The translations under genes were made by a program, and so were the position numbers. From Crenarchaeota archaeon 13_1_40CM_3_52_10 (GTDB lineage: Archaea; Thermoproteota; Bathyarchaeia; 40CM-2-53-6): 43,017 nucleotides of DNA. The notes under the pieces are model-generated. The model was given only the letters and a program-made list of their open reading frames with translations. It ran no database searches and was not told the DNA's origin. The stretch spans positions 1 to 43,017 of the forward strand of contig MNGO01000011.1 in NCBI GenBank assembly GCA_001918765.1, given 5' to 3'. Below are positions 20,000 to 28,397 of the stretch, in pieces; positions within the stretch are counted from its first letter, which is position 1, and each line of letters begins with the position of its first letter.

Positions 20000-20097
20000 C
20001 GAACTCGGTTGTTGTGTAAACAATTCTTAAATACGCCACGCGCCTTGTTGGCCATTCATCCGAAAAATATTCGTAAAAAGAGAAATCAACTCCAGAA

Positions 20098-20520
20098 ATG
20101 TTCGGACCACATCTTACACTGGATTTGTCGGAGTGTAATCCTGAAAAGCTCTCCGACCTTACTTACATCTACGATCTCCTAGACGAGCTTCCGGACGTGA
20201 TCCACATGCATAAGATCACGGCGCCATATGTATTCGTCTACAAACCTAAGGAGAATCCCACGGAGTGGGGGATCAGTGGCTTTGTGATCATTGCCGAGAG
20301 CCACATCAGTATTCACACCTTCCCCGACAACAAGCACGCTTTCATGGACATTTTCAGCTGCAAACAATTCGACATTCACAAGGCTGTCAACTACATCACA
20401 TCGAAGCTTGAGGCCCAGAGGGCCGACAAGAGACTCTCCGGAAGAGGCAAGGAGTATCCACGTCAAGTCATGGCCGCCAGAGAGATCGTGGCAAGATCGA
20501 GACCAACACTAAAACACTAG
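20098..20520 (+). CDS. speD: S-adenosylmethionine decarboxylase proenzyme (pyruvoyl; the arginine decarboxylase paralog cannot be excluded)
   Basis: GPHLTLD, GISGFVIIAESHISIHTFP cleavage motif, DIFSC. Confidence 0.88.
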   Translation: MFGPHLTLDLSECNPEKLSDLTYIYDLLDELPDVIHMHKITAPYVFVYKPKENPTEWGISGFVIIAESHISIHTFPDNKHAFMDIFSCKQFDIHKAVNYITSKLEAQRADKRLSGRGKEYPRQVMAAREIVARSRPTLKH

Positions 20521-20639
20521 ACCCCGAGAACCGCTTTTTCTCCCAAGACACGACTGGATCTGCTTCCCCAGCGCGTACTACAACGAAACCTTAAATGACG
20601 AATTCCATCGACCGATGATCAAGCTATAGAGGTGAGACT

Positions 20640-20936
20640 GTGCCAACCATCGAAGTCGGACGCGTCTGCGTCAAACTCAATGGCAGAGAAGCCGGACGCA
20701 AGTGCGTCATAGTCGACGTTATCGACAAGAACTTCGTTCTAATCACCGGACCCAAGAAAGTGAATGGGGTCCGCCGCCGTCGAACCAACGTCAAACACGT
20801 CGAACCGACACCGGAGACAATAGAGATCAAGAAGGGCGCAGCCGACGAGGACGTCGCCAAAGTAGCTGAAAAGGCGAAAAAGACAAACTACCTGAAAGAG
20901 ATCGTCACAATCAAAGAGATCAGCGTAGCAGCCTAG
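20640..20936 (+). CDS. rpl14e: 50S ribosomal protein L14e
   Basis: IEVGRVCVKLNGREAGRKCVIVDVID. SD GAGGTGA precedes the GTG; TATA CTTAAAT lies upstream. Confidence 0.96.
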   Translation: MPTIEVGRVCVKLNGREAGRKCVIVDVIDKNFVLITGPKKVNGVRRRRTNVKHVEPTPETIEIKKGAADEDVAKVAEKAKKTNYLKEIVTIKEISVAA

Positions 20937-21051
20937 ACAAGGCAAGACTAGGTTCTGCCCGTCCCAGTCCAAGTTCTACGAACGGACAGGCACGTTACTA
21001 TCACAGTTTAAGAACAAGAAAATGCTCCACCACTGGTGGAGAAAAAATCGA

Positions 21052-22094
21052 TTGTCACAGCAAGCTCCCTGGAATAAGTCACAGAAGTTGCTCACCAAGA
21101 TCGACGAGGAAACAGACCCAGCCTTAGGCTGTCCACCCGAAAAGAGGACGATTGATCAACACATCAGATTCGGCTTGATCAACCTAGACAAGCCCTCCGG
21201 GCCCTCAAGTCACGAGGTCGTAGCCTGGGTCAAACGTCTAATGCGGCTGCATCATGCTGGCCATGGTGGAACTCTAGAGGTCCAGCTTAGGGCCGGAGTA
21301 ATCCAATGGTCACGGGCGTGCTCCCGCTAGCTCTGGAAGACGCTACCAAAACTATCCAGGCATTCCTCCTCACTGGGAAGGAGTACGTCTGCCTCATGAC
21401 AATGCACGGTGACGTTGACGAGACCAGACTCCGCGGAGTATTGCAGGAATTTGTCGGCGAAATTTTTCAGAAACCTCCGGTGAGGGCTGCGGTGAAGAGG
21501 GAAGTCCGGAAAAGAACAATCTATTCCATCGATGATGTAGAGATTGACGGACGCCAAGTTCTGTTGCGTGTCGCCTGTCAAGCAGGAACTTACATCCGCA
21601 AACTAGTCTACGATGTAGGGGAAGTCCTTGAAGTGGGAGCTCACATGCGAGAGCTTCGGAGGACGAGATCAGGATCCTTCACTGAAAAAGACATACACTC
21701 CCTCTACGACGTCCTCAAACTCTCTCAGGCTTCCCCAGACGAAAGAGAAGGGATGGTGCGTCAGATCGTGAGACCAATGGAGGACGCTTTTGAATATGTT
21801 CCGCGGATCTACATTCGTGATTCGGCGGTTAGTTCAATATGTCATGGTGCGGATCTTGCTGTTCCTGGGATAGTCAAGCTAAGCGAGGGCATACGTCCCA
21901 AGACCTCACTTGCGCTCTTCACTCTCAAAGGAGAACTCGTCGCGTTATCAAGAGCCCTCATGGGAACCGAACAGATGATGAAGGATGAACGTGGGCTGGC
22001 TGCGAAGACCGTTAGGGTGATCATGCCGACCGACACTTATCCAAAGCTGTGGAAGCCAAAGCATGCTCGTACAGTAGTGAAGCAATTCAATTGA
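21052..22094 (+). CDS. cbf5: H/ACA pseudouridine synthase Cbf5, interrupted by an intron at 21278-21300
   Basis: Exon 1 LDKPSGPSSHEV..GHGGTL; exon 2 DPMVTGVLP, KEYVC, AGTYIR, MRELRRTRSG and PUA domain. Splicing restores GTLDP. Confidence 0.95.
21278..21300 (+). other. 23-nt mRNA intron with bulge-helix-bulge motif
   Basis: CTCT-AG^A-GGTCC..GGGCC-GGAG-TA^A; removal joins CTA G|AT CCA in frame. Confidence 0.92.
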
Positions 22095-22270
22095 CAAGCT
22101 TGAGCGAGAACAAGGTTACTTTTGTCTGCAACTGCGGGGACGAGATCACAGTCGAGGTCAACCCTGATCAGGAAAATGAGGTTGTATGTTCGAAGTGTGG
22201 CCAGGAATACCGGTTCTTTGGACAAAGCGTGTTGAGATTCAGGAGCAACTCAGAAAACACGGAGCACTGA
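22091..22270 (+). CDS. Small zinc-ribbon protein
   Basis: CNCG...CSKCG; TTG start overlaps the cbf5 stop. Confidence 0.7.
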   Translation: MTSLSENKVTFVCNCGDEITVEVNPDQENEVVCSKCGQEYRFFGQSVLRFRSNSENTEH

Positions 22271-23095
22271 GATCGCGACCGCTATCCACAGTGGAATCGC
22301 AACTGCCGCCCAGACTCTTCGGTCCCAGGTGAAGACCTTCTGCCCATCTAGGATGAAGAAGGGAATCATGTTGAATGCACCTAGGACGAGGTTGATTTGG
22401 ATGCCCTCTTGAAGAAAATAGAAGCTATGACCGATTACGATGTCTCCGAAACCGAGAGCTGTGGAGGCCACTAGGGCGAGCCCGAATATTGCCGCGGCTC
22501 CTATGTTGACGAGGGGTCCGACGAGCGATATTATTCCGTTGGCCCTCCGGTCGATTCCTTCGCCGAAGTAGCTTGACCGGGAAGCGATGTAGACCGCGCC
22601 TGGAGCAGCGAAGATGAAGGTGCCCTGGGAAATTACGGCGAATAGTAGAGCCATGATCGCTCCCACGGTCCAGAGCTTGAATTCTGCCCAGCACCCGAAT
22701 TGTTGAGCGCTGAACTTGTGCGCAAGCTCATGTCCGAGGAACCCTGTCCCTATCACCAGGATAGTGAGAATGAAGACTTCTAGAAGCTCAAGTGGTCTCA
22801 GGCCGCCGAACACGAATCTCATCGAGAAACTGAGGCCTAGGACAAGTAGAGCCGCGGTCAGCGCGTAGAGTTCTCGGCTTGATATCGAGGATAGCTTTGG
22901 GGCTCTTATCAGTCTCAGGTTTGTCCCGGATGATCGTCGCTCGACTCGGATGATGGGTTTCGGAGCTCGCGCCTGCTGGATGTTGGGGCATTCGTGGTTT
23001 TCGGGTAGTCGGTGGTAGACGCAGTGGACGCGGCCGCAGTATCTGCACACGTAGGGGATGAATTCTTCCGCCCCGCAAACGGCGCAGCGTTCCAT
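22250..23095 (-). CDS. AN1-type zinc finger fused to M50 (site-2) membrane metallopeptidase
   Basis: C..CG...CRYCG..HC..HRLPENHEC; HELAH, GPLVN, FNMIPFFILDG. Confidence 0.9.
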   Translation of the reverse strand: MERCAVCGAEEFIPYVCRYCGRVHCVYHRLPENHECPNIQQARAPKPIIRVERRSSGTNLRLIRAPKLSSISSRELYALTAALLVLGLSFSMRFVFGGLRPLELLEVFILTILVIGTGFLGHELAHKFSAQQFGCWAEFKLWTVGAIMALLFAVISQGTFIFAAPGAVYIASRSSYFGEGIDRRANGIISLVGPLVNIGAAAIFGLALVASTALGFGDIVIGHSFYFLQEGIQINLVLGAFNMIPFFILDGQKVFTWDRRVWAAVAIPLWIAVAISVLRVF

Positions 23096-23227
23096 GAGCG
23101 TCGCGTGAGTACTTGCTATTGCCCACTTAAAATCGTGCCTACAAGAGGGATATTTCGTAGTAACGATTGTGCGTGTTGGTTGGTTACGCGAGGCTTAGAA
23201 TCGCATCTAGCGACTTAGCCGATTCAA

Positions 23228-23304
23228 GGGTGGCGTCCCCCGGATGCGGACACTGCCATTCGCCCGTTAAGGGTTGACGGCTGGCCCGCACCCACCGCCA
23301 CTCT
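23228..23304 (-). ncRNA. Candidate structured RNA (long hairpin), function unknown
   Basis: Minus-strand stems GTGGCG/CGCCAC, GGGTGCGGGC/GTCCGCATCC, GCCGT/ATGGC and CCC/GGG, with G-U pairs giving strand polarity. Confidence 0.5.
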
Positions 23305-23395
23305 ATTTCCTATTTCTCGACCGATCAATGTCTGTCTCGTCTTCTCGCATCATCCCAAAGGGGAAAATACTGCTACTGTCAATGGGCGAGACTGG

Positions 23396-23524
23396 GCCGG
23401 GATTCCTGAGCCTGGTACAGGGCAGTCCACTCGAAGAATGTGGGCCTAGGCCTGGAAAAAATAGGCTCCTGTCAGCCTGTGGTCCTTGCGGGCCGCGTGG
23501 GTTCAAATCCCACTCCCGGCGCCA
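23396..23524 (+). tRNA. tRNA-Ser(GGA) with two introns (23426-23449 at 29/30; 23458-23473 at 37/38); CCA encoded
   Basis: Acceptor GCCGGGA/TCCCGGC, G73 and long variable arm. Spliced anticodon arm is CAGGC-CTGGAAA-GCCTG. Confidence 0.92.
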
Positions 23525-23620
23525 AAAACAACCACTCACGGATCGGGGCAGCTGAGCAGTATTCACCGTTCTCTATGGTGGAAATAGTAGGTCAGGGTAT
23601 TTCTCCGGTTGGTCTCCTAC

Positions 23621-23959
23621 ATGTCGGACCCTCCCTCCGAGGTTGAGATCGGTGACTATCCGTTGATGGCCAAGTGGCGCACGTCAGAAAGGGCCCAGAT
23701 GATTGAGGCGATTCGAGAGATGATCCAAGAGGCTAGGAGGATGGCGATGTCTAAGCGTACTTCGTCAAAGGAAAGGATCAGGTGGACGCGACTTGCAGGT
23801 CAGCTGATTTGGTACAAGGACTCGAACTTGAGGAGCATGACCTACGAGTCGATGGAGAGGGAACTCACAAAATTGAAGGACACGATCTTCGAAAGACGCG
23901 CAAAGCTCGGGCCTCCACGTGGATACGATTTCCGAGCAGATAATCCCTCCAGCGGATGA
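23621..23959 (+). CDS. Hypothetical helical basic protein
   Basis: ORF directly after tRNA-Ser; no recognised motif. Confidence 0.6.
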   Translation: MSDPPSEVEIGDYPLMAKWRTSERAQMIEAIREMIQEARRMAMSKRTSSKERIRWTRLAGQLIWYKDSNLRSMTYESMERELTKLKDTIFERRAKLGPPRGYDFRADNPSSG

Positions 23960-24385
23960 AGCCTCGGCTCGGTAGCGCCATCGGGCAGATCATGTTCGCC
24001 CACCTAGCAGCGATCCATGATAGGTAACCCCTCCGAATCACAAGCAACATAGGCACTGGAGTAATCTCGAATTCCAGGGCAAATCAGTCAAGACGGGGCT
24101 GGAATCAACCCAGATCACGATTCCAACCCGGTCAATTTGAACCCCGCGGTTTTCACGCCCATCGCTAGGGGATTCAACGGGGATCGAGAACCCTAGGACC
24201 AGCCCATTACACGCCCGTTTACGGAAAACAAGCCAAGAAACCTGCGCAGACAGAAAGACCTCTCAGAAGAAAATGGATCCATTGAGGGTCTCATGCGCCA
24301 GAGTAGTGGAAAAGCCCGAGATCAAGGATGTTGCTCCGAATACTTTCGCAATACGGGTGAGCTGGCCTTCAGTGATTTTCTTGGT

Positions 24386-24423
24386 TGGTGCGGGAGGTGG
24401 GATTCGAACCCACGAACCCCTAC
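24386..24423 (-). repeat. att direct repeat (tRNA-Leu 3' end), identical to 28159-28196
   Basis: 38-bp exact match TGGTGCGGGAGGTGGGATTCGAACCCACGAACCCCTAC. Confidence 0.92.
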
Positions 24424-24695
24424 CCCTTCGGGGAGGAGCTTTTCATTTTCGGTTTTTGACAAAGTTTCTCACTCTAACTACACATCGGCAGGCCAAAAGG
24501 GTTTTGGTAGGAACGAGTGAAGACGGGATTATGAAACCTCAAGCAGAGTCCGCGGTATCCTCGACTTTCTCCACCTTTTTCCGGGTAATGGTCTGGCCGC
24601 TCAGTCGGACCATCCATCCCAGACTGAATCCGATGCCGAAGACTGCGGCACATAGAAGAAAAAGGGTGGTTAGAGAAATGTCTGGCACGTGTCAC

Positions 24696-25355
24696 CTACA
24701 TCCACTGTATTGTGAAAGCACCGAGGCCTATAGTTGCGGTTGTAGTTGGAGGATTTGCATATTCGAGACAATAGTTCCAGTTCTGGAACGTGCTGAAGGT
24801 TTGTAGGCTGCCAAGCGGAATGGCCACCATATACAAGCCACTGTTGGCGGTATTGACATCGCAAGTCTTGTCAGCTACACAGTCATCATTCGCAGAAGTG
24901 CACGGAGCACCGACTTCCTGACCTGCTGGGTAGATGCAAAAGCGGTTTTGGAAGTACTGGACCGGGCCTGTGTAAATTTTGGACATTCCGTCCACCCCTG
25001 TGCACCCGGAGTATCCATTCAAACTTCCAGAGAAAAGAGTAGCGGTCAATTGCGTTGTACCAGCGACCGAGAACGCGGGAGTTGCGCCGAAGTCGGTTTG
25101 GCTACAATCAAAGAAAATAGAAAACCGCGGCATGGGTCCTCCGCCTACGGCGGGATAGAAGGGATTACCGGCCGAATTTGGAGGGGGAAGAACCCCAGCT
25201 CTATTCGAAGTCAGACTGCTACAATTGCTAGTTAGCCCCTTCACTGGCACGTCTGGAGCACTCTGTTTGAATTGGATCCCTATCGCATAGGCGGTTCCTG
25301 CAAGAGAAATCATCAGAAGTGCTAGGGGTGGGAGGTATTTCTTTCCAATTTTCAT
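24696..25355 (-). CDS. Secreted Cys-rich hypothetical protein
   Basis: Signal peptide, SD GGAGGTGA, several Cys. Confidence 0.75.
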   Translation of the reverse strand: MKIGKKYLPPLALLMISLAGTAYAIGIQFKQSAPDVPVKGLTSNCSSLTSNRAGVLPPPNSAGNPFYPAVGGGPMPRFSIFFDCSQTDFGATPAFSVAGTTQLTATLFSGSLNGYSGCTGVDGMSKIYTGPVQYFQNRFCIYPAGQEVGAPCTSANDDCVADKTCDVNTANSGLYMVAIPLGSLQTFSTFQNWNYCLEYANPPTTTATIGLGAFTIQWM

Positions 25356-25479
25356 ATCTATCTTTCACCTCCTTAGGATAACGTTTGGCAATCACCTTGC
25401 AATTTACTGAGGAATATGTTGCAAGAAGCCGATTGCCGAATGATACCTCTGGAAATTTAACACTTTAGATATCTCGGGC

Positions 25480-26829
25480 ATGCCGGTCAAACTTTCAAGA
25501 ACGTTTATCGGGAGCACAAAGAAAAAGCAAGACCCTGTGCTCTTCCTGAAATCTGCACGGTCATTGCTGATTCTGACCCTGTTGATGGTCGTTTCGCTAT
25601 TTGCAGGCGGCGTTGTTCCAGCGAGAGCTTCCAATTTCCAGCCTCACGCACCCATTCTTATTGACGGTAATGGTGGTTTCACCACAGCCAATGGAGTAAC
25701 AGGGGGTAGCGGAACAGCCACGGACCCCTACGTCATTGCGGGCTGGGAGATTGCTTTGGCTCCGTATTTTGGGATACGAATCCAAGGAACCAGTGCCCAT
25801 TTTGTCATCCGGAACGTGTACGTGCATGACGGTGCTCCATCCTCGTATGTTGGGGACTCGGAGGTTTTCGGGGGAATATCCTTAGACGGGGCCCCAAACG
25901 GGGTGGTGGAAAGTGTGACAATCTCGAAGACCAAGAATGCAATTACAGTGTTTCATTCTGAGGACGTGATAGTTAGGAACAACCTTGTAGTGTCCAACCG
26001 CGATGGTATTGGCGTTTTTGGTTCGGGTCATTTGGGTCATATTCATATTCAAATTGTTGGGAACAACGTCTCCTCGAACGGCTTGGGCATTTGGTGTTCA
26101 TTCGCGGCTTGCGTTATTTCGGGCAACAATATCGACCATAACGGCAGTGGCATTGTAGAATACAACGCAGGCGTTGCCATTACGGGCAATATGATATCCA
26201 ACAATGGCGGCGGAGTGTTCGAAGTGAATAGCGCCTTCCCCTTCCACAATAATTTCATCAACAATAAAGTTCGGGGCCAAGCAGATTGTGGTCACATCGG
26301 TAATTGTCATCACACGTGGGATGATGGCTATCCAAACGGAGGCAATTACTGGTCAGACCTTGTCACTGTCGATAATTGCACCGGACCGAACCAAGACATA
26401 TGCACCGGCCCCGACGGAATCGCGGACAAACCCCTCGACATGGGGATTGGGGACTTTATTGACCGATATCCTCTGACCAAACCTTTCGCTCCACTCGTAT
26501 CGGGAAAAGTCAGGTTTGAACCCACTTCGATAACATCCCAAGATACTGGAACGTACTTGACGGCCTTTGTTAAACTCCCTAAGGGATTCGTGAGATCCGA
26601 CTTTGTGTCGTCGAGCATCAGCCTAAACGGGACAATATCGGTAGCAGGTGGCGCCTCTGTAAGCCATTCAAGTGGGGCAGGGGTCTTGGTCGTAAGGTTC
26701 AACATGACACAAGTCAGAGCCTTAATGTCTAAACCTGGTACCTACACTCTGCAAGTTAGCGGGAACCTCCTCACAAACACGAATTTCAGACCATTCGAAG
26801 CTGTTGCAACGGTCCAATTGAGCTTCTAA
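25480..26829 (+). CDS. Secreted NosD/CASH right-handed beta-helix protein
   Basis: HAPILIDGN, GSGTATDPYVI, NNFINN, WDDGYPNGGNYWSD, DRYPL. Start may be downstream. Confidence 0.85.
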   Translation: MPVKLSRTFIGSTKKKQDPVLFLKSARSLLILTLLMVVSLFAGGVVPARASNFQPHAPILIDGNGGFTTANGVTGGSGTATDPYVIAGWEIALAPYFGIRIQGTSAHFVIRNVYVHDGAPSSYVGDSEVFGGISLDGAPNGVVESVTISKTKNAITVFHSEDVIVRNNLVVSNRDGIGVFGSGHLGHIHIQIVGNNVSSNGLGIWCSFAACVISGNNIDHNGSGIVEYNAGVAITGNMISNNGGGVFEVNSAFPFHNNFINNKVRGQADCGHIGNCHHTWDDGYPNGGNYWSDLVTVDNCTGPNQDICTGPDGIADKPLDMGIGDFIDRYPLTKPFAPLVSGKVRFEPTSITSQDTGTYLTAFVKLPKGFVRSDFVSSSISLNGTISVAGGASVSHSSGAGVLVVRFNMTQVRALMSKPGTYTLQVSGNLLTNTNFRPFEAVATVQLSF

Positions 26830-27046
26830 CCCCGTCCGCAGGCTTCAAACAGGATGGGTCCCCTCAATGGGTTCTCTTGGGTTCAATGGGGTGATTGAGC
26901 ACTTTGATGAGCATAAGCGCCAAGATTTGCGCTGGCCAATGACCTTGTTTGGTTGGTCCGGTTTCGATAATGTGATACGGGCATATAGTCAATTATCGGG
27001 ATGATCGGTCAAAGGCAGTTTTGGCCGTGTCGAGGCAGGTAGGCGG

Positions 27047-27184
27047 GTGAGGGACGGTGTCCGTGAAGCGACCGGAACGGTCATTGAGGAAACCGCGGGG
27101 GCGGTTGTCCTTGAAACACGCAACGGACACCGTTTGAAAATTCGCCTCACGGATATCATTCGTCGGAAGACTCTCCGCAATTGA
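27047..27184 (+). CDS. Possible small beta-barrel protein (45 aa)
   Basis: VRDGVREATGTVIEETAGAVVLETRNGHRLKIRLTDII; purine-rich SD-like sequence before the GTG. Confidence 0.35.
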   Translation: MRDGVREATGTVIEETAGAVVLETRNGHRLKIRLTDIIRRKTLRN

Positions 27185-27358
27185 CTCGAACCGTAAATCT
27201 TGGACTTTGCTACTGACCCAAGCGTCTTTTCGCTACTTTCTTGGGTATCCATCTCAGCCAGTGTCCACAGTTGGAACAGTATTCGCCTTTGTGGGGGCCT
27301 CTTGTTCGTATCTCAATGGCGGCTCGCTTATCGCAGAATCTACACTTAGACGAGCGAC

Positions 27359-28096
27359 TCAAAGTTCCTTCGGTCTCTCGAAATAGTAGCTACGCAGGAG
27401 TTCCTCATCTCGCCAGCTATCTCCAACCTTACGCTTGATCTGACCAAGTTCTTTGTTCGTCTTCGAAATGAATTCCTCATGTTCTGCAACGAACCCAACA
27501 AATCTCTCTCGTGCCACATTGTAGTCGGCCCGATAGGTTGGAACAGTCTTCCCCGTACCGGAATCCAATAAGGTTCTGATCTGAACAATTGGTCTTGCTA
27601 CAAGCACATCACGGTAGAACCGAATCATGCTCGATAGCAAGTCAGCAACCCAAACGAAAGCGTTCAGGCTGGGTTTGAGGGTTCTCACTCCGTTCTGCAA
27701 ATCATATGCCAGCATATTCGCATAGTGCGGCTCAACAACCAGCACTGAGTCAAACCCTGGGTTGTTCCTAATGTTGCCAATCACGTACTGAGGATTGTTC
27801 GTCATGTTGTATTCGGTGAACGCTCGGAATCTCTCACAGAATCTCGCAAGCTGGGGGTAGCTTCTGCGGGAATTCCGATTTCTCCGCCATTCTTCATTCC
27901 ATCTTCGAAGTGGCCGATACCAAACCCAGACTACGAAGAGGATGGCTGATGTTCCAACAATCAGAGCCGAGGCAATTTGGACTTCTATCGAAAGATTCTG
28001 TCTTGCACTGAAGAATTGGAGAACGAGCCCAGCCAAGAGAAGAGAGCCGCCGAAGCACTCGGACGGACCGGTCAATACTCGACTCTCGATATCCAT
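27359..28096 (-). CDS. Hypothetical membrane protein (start uncertain; overlaps the integrase remnant)
   Basis: 245-aa ORF with two N-terminal TM segments. Confidence 0.6.
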   Translation of the reverse strand: MDIESRVLTGPSECFGGSLLLAGLVLQFFSARQNLSIEVQIASALIVGTSAILFVVWVWYRPLRRWNEEWRRNRNSRRSYPQLARFCERFRAFTEYNMTNNPQYVIGNIRNNPGFDSVLVVEPHYANMLAYDLQNGVRTLKPSLNAFVWVADLLSSMIRFYRDVLVARPIVQIRTLLDSGTGKTVPTYRADYNVARERFVGFVAEHEEFISKTNKELGQIKRKVGDSWRDEELLRSYYFERPKEL

Positions 28097-28158
28097 TCTT
28101 CCTTAGGTGGAACCCGTATTCCACAACCTTTCCGATAGAAAGTTCGTAGGTTGGGGAA
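27894..28158 (-). pseudogene. Truncated tyrosine integrase N-terminal fragment
   Basis: VVEYGFHLRKNGYRESSIDRSVRVLRRL resembles integrase core-binding helices. The frame is open through the tRNA att site; no catalytic domain follows. Confidence 0.55.
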
Positions 28159-28210
28159 TGGTGCGGGAGGTGGGATTCGAACCCACGAACCCCTACGGGA
28201 CAACTCCCGC
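28159..28210 (-). pseudogene. tRNA-Leu-derived 52-nt minihelix (acceptor, variable and T arms; no D or anticodon arm)
   Basis: GCGGGAG-TTG-TCCCGTAGGGGTTC-GTGGG-TTCGAAT-CCCAC-CTCCCGC-ACCA. Confidence 0.75.
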
Positions 28211-28397
28211 ATACCAAGTCTCTTCCCGTGTCACAGCCCCGCTGATGCAAGGCCCTAATTGGCTTTCCCCGGTCTAGCCAAACCGCGTCTGGATCGACAG
28301 TACTGGAAAAACGTTTAATTCCGCCGCGACCGGTCCCACCGAACACTCAGACTAGAGCATGCTCTAGCAGCCAAATTCATACATGTGAACCTAGCCC

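Larger units (their letters stand above)
24386..28196. mobile_element. Decayed ~3.8-kb tRNA-Leu-integrated element
   Basis: 38-bp tRNA 3' direct repeats, an integrase-like N-terminal fragment at one end, and accessory cargo genes. Confidence 0.8.

Noticed and set aside
21022-22094. cbf5 as a frameshifted pseudogene or two genes
   Set aside because: Fully explained by the 23-nt BHB intron
23228-23304. Hairpin as SECIS, SRP RNA or HDV ribozyme
   Set aside because: Lacks the GAA/A SECIS loop geometry, the SRP helix-8 motif and the HDV L3/J4-2 residues
23305-23355. C/D-box-like spacing on the minus strand (ATGATGC..CAGA..TGATCG)
   Set aside because: All boxes are degenerate and there is no terminal CTGA
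23430-23436. CTCGAA in the first tRNA-Ser intron mimics a Ser(CGA) anticodon loop
   Set aside because: No 5-bp anticodon stem or BHB-compatible alternative splice gives a CGA tRNA; the GGA reading fits both splice motifs
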